This document shows positions 63,570 to 64,000 of a stretch of DNA of 64,000 nt, piece by piece. A program made the position numbers and the translations under genes. Position 1 is the first letter of the stretch. The number at the start of each line of letters is the position of its first letter. Below the pieces are notes generated by a model that ran no database searches, had not been told where the DNA came from, and saw only the letters and a list, made by a program, of their open reading frames with translations. The DNA is from Mizuhopecten yessoensis (taxonomy: Eukaryota), in the NCBI RefSeq assembly GCF_002113885.1, contig NW_018408787.1, forward strand, positions 775,319-839,318, in the 5' to 3' direction.

Positions 63570-64000
63570 TTGCAAGAGTTGGGGAGTTTAAGAGTATTGA
63601 GGTGACAGCCCATGCATTATTTTATACACCATTATGCGTGTGTGTATTTCTTCTTGTTGACAGAGCTTCCCAACCAAGTTCATTATAAAGTTTATTATGA
63701 GATGTTCCAGATCGAAATCCAGTAATGTTTCTGGCTGCTTCTAATGGAATAGATTCTGGAAGTTCTTTAGATTGTTGAGTGTAATTATCCCATACTATGT
63801 CTGCATATTCCAAAATTGGCCTAATAAATGCTATATAAATTTTGATTAATGATTTACGATTAACTTTAGATTTAATGTAACGAAGAATTTTTAATCTATT
63901 ATATGCTTTTTCATATATATTCAGAATGTGTTGTTTTCCAAGATGCATCATCCTTTAAAGTCAGTCCTAAGTGTGTATGTGCTGTTGAGTCAGTGATTTG
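63570..64000 (-). mobile_element. CR1-group LINE ORF2 3' fragment, degenerate, runs off the window
   Basis: HTHLGLTL..ASW, a frameshift, then KSLIKIYIAFIRPILEYADIVWDN..EAARNITG..LYNELGWEALSTRR, typical of the CR1/L2 post-RT region. Confidence 0.85.

Overview
AT-rich, intron-containing animal genomic DNA. The repeat families (HINE/Helentron-type element, CORE- and Meta-type SINEs) suggest a bivalve mollusc; this is an inference. Genes: (1) three tandem + strand paralogues (CDS 1606-3192, 16914-18122, 23005-24186), each with an uninterrupted CDS. They encode two-TM proteins with a Cys-rich juxtamembrane segment, a luminal domain resembling the APD1-4 (DUF4792/DUF4793) family, and a RING-less cytosolic tail carrying PPxY/LPxY, PSAP and sorting motifs. 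(2) A - strand single-pass LRR membrane protein with no TIR domain (34911-36452). (3) Four exons of a divergent ionotropic glutamate receptor/IR-like gene (60068-61886) that continues past the window and shows no visible ATD exons. The rest is repeats: a satellite-carrying HINE, a miniature LTR element with tRNA-like LTRs, several MITEs, two SINEs, two LINE remnants, a hAT transposase relic, and minisatellites including abutting 42-bp and 47-bp arrays with an N gap. The best candidate for an undescribed system is the cluster of APD-like, PY-motif membrane proteins, which may be NEDD4/ESCRT adaptors. All family assignments come from motif recognition; no searches were run.
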